Assembly: GCA_964396485.1 (NCBI GenBank)
Contig: CAYNFN010000467.1
Coordinates: 1-38,789, forward strand
Length of the DNA stretch: 38,789 nt
Source of the DNA: an uncultured Alcaligenaceae bacterium
Lineage (GTDB): Bacteria > Pseudomonadota > Gammaproteobacteria > Burkholderiales > JACQAP01
Direction of reading: 5' to 3'
Shown: positions 24,949-32,511 of the stretch, in pieces
How the letters are laid out: each line of letters begins with the position of its first letter
Position numbering within the stretch: the stretch's first letter is position 1
The notes under the pieces: generated by a model
Told to the model about the DNA's origin: nothing
What the model saw: only the letters and a program-made list of their open reading frames with translations
Databases searched by the model: none
Translations under genes and position numbers: made by a program

Positions 24949-26184
24949 ATGTACCAGCGGAATATCTCCAGTCGCCTGCTCGATGCCCTGAGGCGCGCGC
25001 CCGTGGTGGTGCTGAACGGTGCCCGCCAGACCGGCAAGAGCACGCTGGCCAGAGCTTTCGCCGAGGGGGCTCATCCGGCCGAATACCTCACGCTGGACGA
25101 TGCCGCCGTGTTCGCGGCCGCCAATTCCGATCCCCAGGGATTCATTCAAGGACTCCGCGGCCCAGTAGTTCTCGATGAAGTCCAGCGCGCGCCCGCCTTG
25201 TTCAGGGCGGTCAAACTGGAGGTCGACCAGCGTCGGGTTCCCGGGCGGTTTCTTCTTACAGGATCGGCGAATGTGCTGACACTGCCGGTCCTGTCGGAGT
25301 CCCTTGCCGGTCGCTCTGAGCTGCTCACGCTGTGGCCATTGTCTCAAGGCGAACTCGAAGGCACGCTGGAGAATTTCATCGACCGATGCTTCGAGGGTAC
25401 TTTCCCGCCGTCATCGGCGCAGACGGATTCTCGAACGAAGCTGGCGAACCGAGTTGCGACGGGCGGTTTTCCGGAAGTGATCGGAAAGGACGCCTCGGGC
25501 AGGGCGGCATGGTACGGGTCCTACATCACGACAATTCTGCAACGGGATGTCCGCGAGCTTGCGAATATCGACGGACTTACGGAAATGCCGAGATTACTCG
25601 CCTTGCTGGCCTCAAGGGTCGGTGCCTTGCTCAACTTGGCTGAGGTGTCTCGCAGCAGTGGGATTTCGCAGACGACATTGAGGCGTTATCTTGCGCTGCT
25701 GGAGACGACTTTCCTTTTCGCCGCGCTGCCAGCGTGGTCGACCAATCTCGGCAAGAGGCTAGTCAAGGCCCCGAAGGCTTTTCTGACCGACGCGGGTCTT
25801 GCGGCTTACCTCACCGGTCGTGACGAAAACCGGCTCGCGGGAGATCCGTCTGCGTTCGGCGCTTTGCTCGAGAACTTCGTCGTGATGGAGCTTCGAAAGC
25901 AGGCCGGTTGGGCTTTAAATCGCGTGAGTCTTTTTCACTTTCGGACACAGGTTGGGCAGGAGGTCGATGTCGTCATCGAACGCCCGGACGGGGATATTGT
26001 CGGTATAGAGATCAAGGCATCGGCCACCATCGAGCCTCGGGACATGAATGGATTCAAGGCGCTTGCCGAGATCGCCGGCAGGCGGTTTCGTGGCGGTATT
26101 CTTCTTTACACGGGGCAGAAGACCGTACCGTTCGGTAGTGGCATCCAAGCTGTGCCCTTGTCCCGGTTATGGGGAAAGAAATAG
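24949..26184 (+). CDS. AAA+ ATPase with DUF4143-type C-terminal domain
   Basis: The Walker A motif is LNGARQTGKSTL and the Walker B-like motif is VVLDEVQ. The C-terminal FENFVVMELRKQ...EVDVVIE...GIEIKAS pattern is a restriction-endonuclease-like fold as in DUF4143 proteins. Confidence 0.7.
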   Translation: MYQRNISSRLLDALRRAPVVVLNGARQTGKSTLARAFAEGAHPAEYLTLDDAAVFAAANSDPQGFIQGLRGPVVLDEVQRAPALFRAVKLEVDQRRVPGRFLLTGSANVLTLPVLSESLAGRSELLTLWPLSQGELEGTLENFIDRCFEGTFPPSSAQTDSRTKLANRVATGGFPEVIGKDASGRAAWYGSYITTILQRDVRELANIDGLTEMPRLLALLASRVGALLNLAEVSRSSGISQTTLRRYLALLETTFLFAALPAWSTNLGKRLVKAPKAFLTDAGLAAYLTGRDENRLAGDPSAFGALLENFVVMELRKQAGWALNRVSLFHFRTQVGQEVDVVIERPDGDIVGIEIKASATIEPRDMNGFKALAEIAGRRFRGGILLYTGQKTVPFGSGIQAVPLSRLWGKK

Positions 26185-26232
26185 TGCCGCGCCTGTCGAA
26201 CCGGGAGAGAGCAGGAATCAGGACGGAAATTC

Positions 26233-26522
26233 GGTGACTGGTGACCGGTGACCAGTGACGGGGAACGGCAAGTGCTCAGCGCGAGGTGCGTAAGAGCAGT
26301 GCTCAGTACTCGGTGCGCAGTGCGAAGTGCGTAAGAGCAGGGCCGAGGTTCGAGGGCTGAGGACTGAGGACGGAGGGCCGAGAAAAGGCGAGAGGAAAGA
26401 GGAAAGTAAGGACCAAACTGCAGGACTCGGGACTCAGGGAGAAACGAGTGCGCAGTGCGAGAAGGGCAGGGTCGAGGGTCGAGGGCCGAGCGCCGAGAAA
26501 AGGCGGGTGCTCGGTGCCGAGA
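26233..26522. repeat. heptanucleotide-register degenerate tandem repeat block R4
   Basis: ggtgact ggtgacc ggtgacc agtgacg ... then a gtgctca/gtgcgca-type run, then a 97-bp stretch (26340-26436) identical but for 1 nt to 24754-24850, then gggtcga gggtcga gggccga. Confidence 0.85.
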
Positions 26523-26527
26523 GCATG

Positions 26528-26932
26528 TCATGGGAGTAGCAGGGTCCGGATGCCGTAACGCTCGTAAACCGGCAGCGCCCGTCGGTCGCAGGTGACTAGT
26601 TCGGCACCGCAGCCAGCTGCAGTCGCGGCCACCAGCGCGTCGTAGGCGGTGCCGCCGGTCACCCCGTGATCGGGCAATCCGCGAATGAAGTCCTTGTAGC
26701 CCCTTGCGTTTAACCGCAGGAACGGCTGTGGAAACCGTGTCTCCAGAAAATCACGGACGATGGGGCCGGAAGTGCGGTGAGGAGGCGGCAACCTGGTAAG
26801 CACGGAGTAGGTCTCAAGCGCGCAGTGCTCGATCAGGCGTAGCCCGCGGTCAAGGGTGCGTCGCGCGGCCTCGTGGCTCTCGTGCCAGGATGCAAATGCG
26901 GCGATGACCAGGCTGGTGTCGGCCGCCTTCAA
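26528..26932 (-). CDS. vapC: PIN-domain ribonuclease toxin
   Basis: AADTSLVIAA, LETYSVLTR, AYDALVAATAA and LVTCDRRA supply the PIN acidic residues. The TTG start overlaps the antitoxin stop (TTGA). Confidence 0.75.
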   Translation of the reverse strand: MKAADTSLVIAAFASWHESHEAARRTLDRGLRLIEHCALETYSVLTRLPPPHRTSGPIVRDFLETRFPQPFLRLNARGYKDFIRGLPDHGVTGGTAYDALVAATAAGCGAELVTCDRRALPVYERYGIRTLLLP

Positions 26933-27174
26933 CGCCGGACGCGCTCCAGGGTGTCGCGAACCTGTTCGGCCGTGAGTGCAGGCAGTTTGGCATCCGGGAC
27001 TGCAACCAGCCCTTTCCCCCGCTTCTTCAACCGTATCGGGGTCGGGGCAATCTCGATCTCAAGGCGCCCGTCACCCGCCCTGATCTCCAGCGGCTGGCCC
27101 GGTTTGAGGCCCAGGGCCTGTCGCAGCGGCTTGGGCACGACGATCCGTCCGGCGGCGTCAATGGTAGCTTTCAT
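26929..27174 (-). CDS. AbrB/MazE/SpoVT-family antitoxin (VapB-type)
   Basis: The 81-aa product is MKATIDAAGRIVVPKPLRQALGLKPGQPLEIRAGDGRLEIE..., the swapped-hairpin SpoVT/AbrB motif (G.i.iPk..R..lgl..G..l). It is the 3' part of the 385-aa track ORF 26929-28086, whose upstream 304 codons run through repeat block R5 and antisense to wecA, so I do not believe that part. ATG was verified at 27172-27174 (cat on +). Confidence 0.75.
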   Translation of the reverse strand: MKATIDAAGRIVVPKPLRQALGLKPGQPLEIRAGDGRLEIEIAPTPIRLKKRGKGLVAVPDAKLPALTAEQVRDTLERVRR

Positions 27175-27207
27175 GGCATCAAGATTGCCATGAAAGTGGT
27201 ATGGCAA
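27171..27207. promoter_or_regulatory. three phased ATGGCA/TGCCAT half-sites; candidate operator of the abrB-vapC operon
   Basis: tcATGGCAtcaagatTGCCATgaaagtggtATGGCAa. tcatggca (27171-27178) is the exact reverse complement of tgccatga (27186-27193). ttgccat (27185-27191) pairs with atggcaa (27201-27207). The site spans the antitoxin start codon. Confidence 0.4.
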
Positions 27208-27227
27208 CAACCATTTTCTGCCGGAAA

Positions 27228-27405
27228 GGCCGAGGACGGAAGACGGAGGACTGAGGACTGAGGGCCGAGAAAAGGCGAGAGGAAAGAGAAAAGAGGAAAG
27301 AGGAAAGTAAGGGCGAGGACTCAGGACTGAGGGCCGAGGACTGAGGACGGAGCGCCGAGGACTGAGGACTGAGTACTGAGTAAGGGCAAGTGCTAGGTGC
27401 GAGTT
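27228..27405. repeat. heptanucleotide-register degenerate tandem repeat block R5
   Basis: It uses the same word set (ggccgaggac, ggactgagg, gagaaaaggcgagaggaaag, aggaaagtaaggg, gactcaggactgagggccgagg) in the same polarity. Confidence 0.8.
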
Positions 27406-27570
27406 GCCGAATACGAAAGACAGGGGTAATGTAGGGCGGGTGCCAAGGGCATGGGCATATGACAAGAAACACTTGGTCGAGACCGATAAGTTTCTAAGAG
27501 CCCGAGGGCATAGAGAGCGTGGTTTGTACGGCGTAGTGCAAGTGATGCAGTATCGGGGAGGCAAGAAGAA

Positions 27571-28644
27571 ATGCTGTACGCCATAGTGGCGTTTGTCGGC
27601 ACGCTGTGTTTGATCTTTCTGCTGCGCAAGTACGCTCGCGGGTTCGGGCTGGTCGACACGCCTTCCCCCCGCAAGACCCATCTCGGCGAGATTCCCGTGA
27701 TCGGGGGCCTTGCGATCGGTATTGCTTTCCTCCTGACTTCGCTCACGCAGTATTCGGTCGAGCCGAACCTTCTCGCGCTCATCGTTTGTTGTCTTGTGAT
27801 CCTGTCGACTGGACTGCTCGACGACATGGAGGAATTTTCGGCGCGCGGCAAATTCGTCGGGCAGGTCATTGCCGCGGTGCTCATGACGTCCTGGGCGAAC
27901 CTGTACCTCACCGATCTCGGCAACCTCTGGGGCACTGGCGAGGTGGTGCTGAGGAATTGGGAGATCCCGTTCACGTTGTTCTGCGTCATCGGGCTTATCA
28001 ACTCGATGAACATGATCGACGGTCTCGATGGGCTCGCCGGCGGCATCGCAGCCATCGCGGCCGTGTGGCTCGGCGTGGCGGCGCATATCGAGTATCCGTT
28101 CAAAGATCCGGCAGCGCTGCTTTTCATCTTGGCCGCGGCGGTGGCGGGGTTCCTGGTGTTCAATTTACGGCATCCGTGGAGACGGCACGCGTCGGTATTT
28201 CTCGGGGACTCCGGCAGCATGTTCCTCGGGTTCGTGCTGGTTTGGTTCACCGTGGACATTACGCAGGGTGCGCCGAGCGATTTCTACCCCATCTCCGCGG
28301 TGTGGGTTCTGGGTGTGCCGATCATCGATACCGTGTATCTGATGGTGCGCCGTATAACCTTGGGCCGGAATCCATTCGCACCCGACCGGAGGCATGTCCA
28401 TCACACGCTGATCTTCATGGGGCTTTCCGAGAGTCGGACACTTTGGTTGCTTCTGGGCATGTCCGCACTCTTCGGCGCGATCGGGTTTTTCGGCTGGTAT
28501 TTCAAGGTGCCGGAATACATTCTGACCTACGGCTTCCTGGCGACTTTCGCTGCTTATGGCGTTTTCATGCAGCGCTGGCGCGAAATCCTCTGGTTCTTCG
28601 GCGTCAAGCACAAGCACCTTCCCGCCAGGACGCAGGAGCGATAA
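27571..28644 (+). CDS. undecaprenyl-phosphate HexNAc-1-phosphate transferase (WecA/WbpL, MraY-like family)
   Basis: 357-aa polytopic protein with GLVDTPSPRKTH, LLDDMEEFSARGKF, NSMNMIDGLDGLAGG, LGDSGSMFLGF and a C-terminal HVHH. These are the signature blocks of polyisoprenyl-phosphate N-acetylhexosamine-1-P transferases. A GGGGAGG Shine-Dalgarno sequence lies upstream. Confidence 0.85.
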   Translation: MLYAIVAFVGTLCLIFLLRKYARGFGLVDTPSPRKTHLGEIPVIGGLAIGIAFLLTSLTQYSVEPNLLALIVCCLVILSTGLLDDMEEFSARGKFVGQVIAAVLMTSWANLYLTDLGNLWGTGEVVLRNWEIPFTLFCVIGLINSMNMIDGLDGLAGGIAAIAAVWLGVAAHIEYPFKDPAALLFILAAAVAGFLVFNLRHPWRRHASVFLGDSGSMFLGFVLVWFTVDITQGAPSDFYPISAVWVLGVPIIDTVYLMVRRITLGRNPFAPDRRHVHHTLIFMGLSESRTLWLLLGMSALFGAIGFFGWYFKVPEYILTYGFLATFAAYGVFMQRWREILWFFGVKHKHLPARTQER

Positions 28645-28651
28645 AAAGGAC

Positions 28652-28982
28652 GGTGACCAGTGACTGGTGACAAGTGACGGGGAAAGGCAAAGATGAAGGC
28701 GGAAGGATGAAGGATGAAGAAAGACAGGGCCGAGGACTGAGAAAAGGCGAGGACTCAGGACTGAGGACGGAGGGCCGAGAAAAGGCGAGAGGAAAGGGGA
28801 AAGTAAGGGCGGTGACCAGTGACTGGTGACGAGTGACCAGTAAAGTTGAGGACTCGGGACGCAGCGAGAAGAGCAGGGCTGAGGTACGAGGGCCGAGGAA
28901 GGGCGAGGACTGAGGACTGAGGACGGAGGGCCGAGGAAGGGCGAGGACTCAGGACCCAGCGAGAAACGAGTGCGCAGTGCGA
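28652..28982. repeat. heptanucleotide-register degenerate tandem repeat block R6
   Basis: ggtgacc agtgact ggtgaca agtgacg ... tgaaggc ggaagga tgaagga tgaagaa ... aggactc aggactg aggacgg agggccg ... tgaccag tgactgg tgacgag tgaccag ... cgaggac tgaggac tgaggac ggagggc. About 330 bp in one phase. Confidence 0.85.
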
Positions 28983-29045
28983 CACCTGTTGAGTCCCTTC
29001 TCCCTCCGGGAGAAGGACAGGATGAGGGGGCTTTTGCCGGTGTTA

Positions 29046-29106
29046 TTCCCTCACCCCAACCCTCTGCTCCGCTTCAAGTGTTCCCTTGTCCCGGAGGGAG
29101 AGGGGG
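29046..29106 (+). repeat. about 60-bp dispersed repeat, copy A (C-rich arm ... G-rich arm, REP-like)
   Basis: ttccctcaccccaaccctctgctccgcttcaagtgttcccttgtcccggagggagaggggg. About 90% identical by eye to copy B at 30737-30798. It is preceded by a separate hairpin, ccttctccc-tcc-gggagaagg, at about 28996-29016. Confidence 0.7.
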
Positions 29107-29223
29107 AAAAACGATGCGCACTATTCACCGGTTGGGTCAGTAAGGCATCGTCCATCGAAATCCGCCGCTTGCTGGCTTCTGCCGAAGCCGCACTCGCCGA
29201 TGCCAAACGTTTGCAGAACAACG

Positions 29224-29478
29224 CGGCGACAGGCTGGGGACGCGGGCGACCGATCCCTTAAGGGCGCGGAACTTTTTCGCCTAAGGTATGCGCAGAGGGT
29301 GCTCCTGACCCACGTCGAGCGCAGCCCGGTCCCCGCGCGGCTCGCCTACCTAAAATGGCGGCTGCAATTCCTGGCGGACCAAGGCGTGCAGGGGAGCGCG
29401 ATTCTTCTCGATGAGCGCTCCGGCAGCACCATGGCGGAAGCGGTCAATACTCTGGCGCTCATGAAGGCGAACGGCTAA
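29224..29478 (+). pseudogene. possible DUF218 (YdcF/ElyC/SanA-like) gene fragment
   Basis: ...GAELFRLRYAQRVLLTH...ARLAYLKWRLQFLADQGVQGSAILLDERSGSTMAEAVNTLALMKANG* resembles the central a.ELyr.GyA.rillsG ... l...GV....I.lE..S..T.ENA block of DUF218 proteins. The N-terminal membrane anchor and the C-terminal third are absent. The match is weak. Confidence 0.25.
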
Positions 29479-29500
29479 ACGAGACGTAAAAAAACAGGAA

Positions 29501-30613
29501 ATGTTGTTACCTGGAAGCAAAGAGAATGACACCTGGTCGTTGGGCGCCTTGACCCGACTGGACTCCTATCGATTGGCGCTGACCCCGGCAAAAGAAGGGG
29601 TCGATCCCGCGGCATTTCGCGCGGCGCTGACAGAGGGTGGGCCCGCATTTGTGGATTTACTTCTAACGCAGAATCTCGGGGCGTGGTGGCATCATTGCCT
29701 TCAGGTAAACGGCTTACTTGAGTCGCTGCCACGCGGCGTGGCCGATGCATTGCAGCAGGCACGCATGGCGGCTGCGGCGAGATACCTGGCGCAGCGCACG
29801 GCGCTGATTCACATCGACCAGCTATTCGAAGCAGCGGGCATTTCCTACGCGGTCATGAAAGGCGCGCACGTGCGCGAGTGCGCGTACCCCGACCCTTCTC
29901 TGCGACTGACCGGCGACATCGACGTGTTGGTCACAGCGCCGGACCGGCGGTGCGCGGCGCACGCTCTGCTCGATGCCGGTTACTCGGTGAATGCTGACCT
30001 CGCCATAATCAGCCACGAGGCATGCTTCACGCGCTCGCCGGTGGAGATCGACCTGCACTGGGACATCATGCGGCCGGGCCGGACCCGCGCGGACATGACG
30101 GCGGGCTTGCTCGCGCGGCGACGACGGATCAACGGTTTCTGGGGGTTGTCCGATGCCGACGCTTTGTTCCTGATGCTGACCCATCCGGCATTCGCGAAGT
30201 ACGTATGCTCTCCGAACATGGGGTTGCCGCGCGTCGCGGACTTTCTGCTCCGGATCCAGAACAGGACGATTGATTGGCCCGCCGTCATGCGTTTGCTGGA
30301 AGTGGCAGGGCTGAGAACTGCCGCCTGGACCATGCTTAACTGGTTCCGGATGCTGGCCGCGCCGGCCGCAGGGGCGATTATCGACGGATGGCTGAACAGT
30401 CTGCGCCCGGGCGGCTTAAGGGCGCACTATCTTCGGCGTTGGCTGGATCATGATTTGCCGAGCCGCTGGTTGAACCGCCCGCTATTGATCCAGCTCGGGT
30501 TGACGCTGTTTCTGCACGATCGGTTCTCTGATACGTTGCATGCGGCGCAAGGGTGGCTGCATAGTCGTCGAAATCGCGGGCGTGACCTCCGGTTGTTGTT
30601 GGGTAACGACTGA
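29501..30613 (+). CDS. nucleotidyltransferase family protein (PF14907-like, as found in the HPr-rel-A system and in phosphorylated/glycosylated lasso clusters)
   Basis: 370 aa. ISYAVMKGAHVRECAYPDPSLRLTGDIDVLVTAPD...LLDAGY...VEIDLHWDI matches the pattern (l.lKG..l....Y.dp.lR...DiDlLV ... veLHw) that I associate with the uncharacterised nucleotidyltransferase family. Confidence 0.6.
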   Translation: MLLPGSKENDTWSLGALTRLDSYRLALTPAKEGVDPAAFRAALTEGGPAFVDLLLTQNLGAWWHHCLQVNGLLESLPRGVADALQQARMAAAARYLAQRTALIHIDQLFEAAGISYAVMKGAHVRECAYPDPSLRLTGDIDVLVTAPDRRCAAHALLDAGYSVNADLAIISHEACFTRSPVEIDLHWDIMRPGRTRADMTAGLLARRRRINGFWGLSDADALFLMLTHPAFAKYVCSPNMGLPRVADFLLRIQNRTIDWPAVMRLLEVAGLRTAAWTMLNWFRMLAAPAAGAIIDGWLNSLRPGGLRAHYLRRWLDHDLPSRWLNRPLLIQLGLTLFLHDRFSDTLHAAQGWLHSRRNRGRDLRLLLGND

Positions 30614-30736
30614 CTTTCTACGATGGGTATGAGGAAACCGCGAATTCCCAGCGATGCCGTTGGTGTCGGACGATACGGGAGAGACGCCACGGCGCGTGCG
30701 CCGCGAATTGCGGCCATGAACCTGTCGTGGCGTCTC

Positions 30737-30798
30737 TTCCCTCATCCCCAGCCCTTCTGCTCCGCTTCAAGTGTTCCCTTGTCCCGAGGGGAGAAAGG
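30737..30798 (+). repeat. about 60-bp dispersed repeat, copy B
   Basis: ttccctcatccccagcccttctgctccgcttcaagtgttcccttgtcccgaggggagaaagg, in direct orientation relative to copy A. It lies just upstream of the ABC transporter start and accounts for the spurious N-terminal extension of track ORF 30727. Confidence 0.7.
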
Positions 30799-30831
30799 AG
30801 CGTCGTGCTCCCCGCCCGGGCGGGGAGGTTC

Positions 30832-32511
30832 ATGGGTAGCGGCGTGAAAGGCATGGGTCTGCGAGCAATGCTGGGTTTCGCGCAACCTTATCGGACTTCG
30901 CTCACCGTAAGCGCGCTGCTGATGATCGCCGAGAGCGGCGTGGCGCTGGCGGTGCCGTGGCTCGCCGGCCACTTGGTCGAAAGCATGCTGGCCGCTACTG
31001 CATCCGCGTCCGGGGCCGGGCCGGTGTTGCTCGGGCTGCTTGCCCTGTTTGGTTTGCAGTCGCTGCTCAAGTTCGGCAACAGCTACCTGCTCAGCCATAG
31101 TGCGGAGCACATCCTGGCCGATCTGCGTATCCATCTCTACGATCACTTGCAGGCGCTGCCACTGGCCTTCTATCACCAGCGCCGCCGCGGTGAAATTCTC
31201 GCGCTGCTCACGAACGACGTCGGCCGCCTGAGCGGTTTTATCAGTGGCACCTTGCCGAGTTTGATTCCTCTGCTGCTTACTGTCGCCGGCGCCGTGCTGC
31301 TGATGTTCCGCATCGATGCCCGCTTGGCGCTGTACGTGGCCGCACTGGTGCCGCTGTTCTATCTGTTGCTGAAGATTCTCGGCCGAGGTCTGCGTCCGCT
31401 GGCTGGGCAGTTGCAAGAGGCGCATGCCGGGGCGGTCGCCATCGCCGAGGAAAACCTCGGCATGCTGCCGGCGATCAAGACCTTCACCCGCGAACCGGAG
31501 GAATCAGAACGCTATCGGCGGCAGATTCACCACATCCTGCATCTGAGCGCCGCGGAGCGGCGAATCGTCGCCGCGTTGGGGCCTGCGCTGCAGTTTCTTG
31601 CCGCGGCCGCCATGCTGTTGGTGCTCTGGCTGATGAGCGGGCAGATGATCGATCGTTCGCCGGCGGACATGGTGAGTTTTCTGCTCTATGCCGCGCTGCT
31701 CACCCGGCCTGTCAGCGCGCTGGCCGATGTCTATGGCCAGACCCGCCAGGCGCGCGGCTCACTGGAGCGGCTCAGGCAAGTGCTCACGGAGCGCCCCGAG
31801 CCGCTCCTGCGAATCGGGCACGCATTGCCACCAGTGCGAGGCGAAATTGAGTTTCGCGACATCCACTTCGCTTATCCGGGTCGCCCGCGGGCCCTCCGCG
31901 CGCTCAATCTGTATATTCGCGCCGGCGAGACGATCGCTATCACCGGCGTGAACGGCGCGGGCAAGAGCACCATTGCCCATTTGCTCATGCGCCTGGCGGA
32001 ACCCGATCACGGTCATATCTTCATCGATGGGGTGGACATTGCCGGGGTGACGCTGAACAGCCTGCGCGCTCAGATCGGCCTGGTTCCGCAGCATGTGCTG
32101 CTGTTTCATGGCACGGTGCGCGACAACATCGGCTATGGCCGCCCCGAGGCCGGCGCCGATTCGGTCATCGCGGCCGCCCGTGCCGCCCAGGCGCATGAAT
32201 TCATTTCCGCTCTTCCGCAAGGCTACGACAGCGTGATCGGCGACCAGGGCATTCGATTGTCCGGCGGTCAGCGCCAGCGCATCGCGCTCGCCCGCGCCCT
32301 CATCAAGGATCCGCCGATCCTGATCCTCGACGAGGCCACCGCCATGTTCGATCCGCAAGGCGAGAAATCCTTTGTCGAGGAGTGCCGGCACGGGCTGGCG
32401 CATCGAACCGTTATACTCATTACTCATCGTCCGGCGAGTCTGGCGCTGGCGGATCGAGTGGTACACCTGGAGGCCGGTTGCATTGCGGATTGGCGAAAGC
32501 CGATACCATGA
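30832..32511 (+). CDS. ABC exporter, fused permease/ATPase (type I exporter, McjD/MsbA-like)
   Basis: Six N-terminal TM helices, Walker A GVNGAGKST, signature LSGGQRQRIALARAL, Walker B ILILDEAT and an H-loop ITHR. ATG 30832 follows GGAGG; ATG 30853 is an alternative. The stop overlaps the B2 start (ATGA). Confidence 0.85.
   Translation: MGSGVKGMGLRAMLGFAQPYRTSLTVSALLMIAESGVALAVPWLAGHLVESMLAATASASGAGPVLLGLLALFGLQSLLKFGNSYLLSHSAEHILADLRIHLYDHLQALPLAFYHQRRRGEILALLTNDVGRLSGFISGTLPSLIPLLLTVAGAVLLMFRIDARLALYVAALVPLFYLLLKILGRGLRPLAGQLQEAHAGAVAIAEENLGMLPAIKTFTREPEESERYRRQIHHILHLSAAERRIVAALGPALQFLAAAAMLLVLWLMSGQMIDRSPADMVSFLLYAALLTRPVSALADVYGQTRQARGSLERLRQVLTERPEPLLRIGHALPPVRGEIEFRDIHFAYPGRPRALRALNLYIRAGETIAITGVNGAGKSTIAHLLMRLAEPDHGHIFIDGVDIAGVTLNSLRAQIGLVPQHVLLFHGTVRDNIGYGRPEAGADSVIAAARAAQAHEFISALPQGYDSVIGDQGIRLSGGQRQRIALARALIKDPPILILDEATAMFDPQGEKSFVEECRHGLAHRTVILITHRPASLALADRVVHLEAGCIADWRKPIP

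Noticed and set aside
26929-28086. 385-aa minus-strand ORF (and the 288-aa ORF at 27393-28259) that would be the largest gene in this area
   Set aside because: Only the last 81 codons (26929-27174) look like a protein, an AbrB/SpoVT antitoxin with its own ATG. The upstream part runs through heptamer block R5, producing periodic LSPRPSVLSP-type sequence, and then runs antisense to the well-supported wecA/wbpL-like gene.
22268-28982. CRISPR array as an explanation for the repeated intergenic blocks
   Set aside because: The unit length is 7 nt, with no alternation of 25-40 nt repeats and unique spacers. No cas genes are present in the window.
22158-28985. ORFs of 60-141 aa crossing the repeat blocks, which yield proline/serine-rich repetitive peptides. 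They are 22158-22421, 22315-22623, 23166-23348, 24362-24760, 24583-24897, 24627-24851, 26106-26531, 27179-27472 and 28755-28985.
   Set aside because: The underlying periodicity is 7 nt, not 3. Similar repetitive peptides therefore appear in several frames at once, which is what non-coding tandem repeats with few stop-forming words produce. None has a start context or a recognisable domain.
22244-29000. Chromosomal integron cassette array (TA cassettes separated by recombination sites)
   Set aside because: The blocks are direct, strand-asymmetric tandem repeats, not attC-type imperfect palindromes with GTTRRRY cores. No intI-like integrase gene is visible in the window. The resemblance is organisational only.
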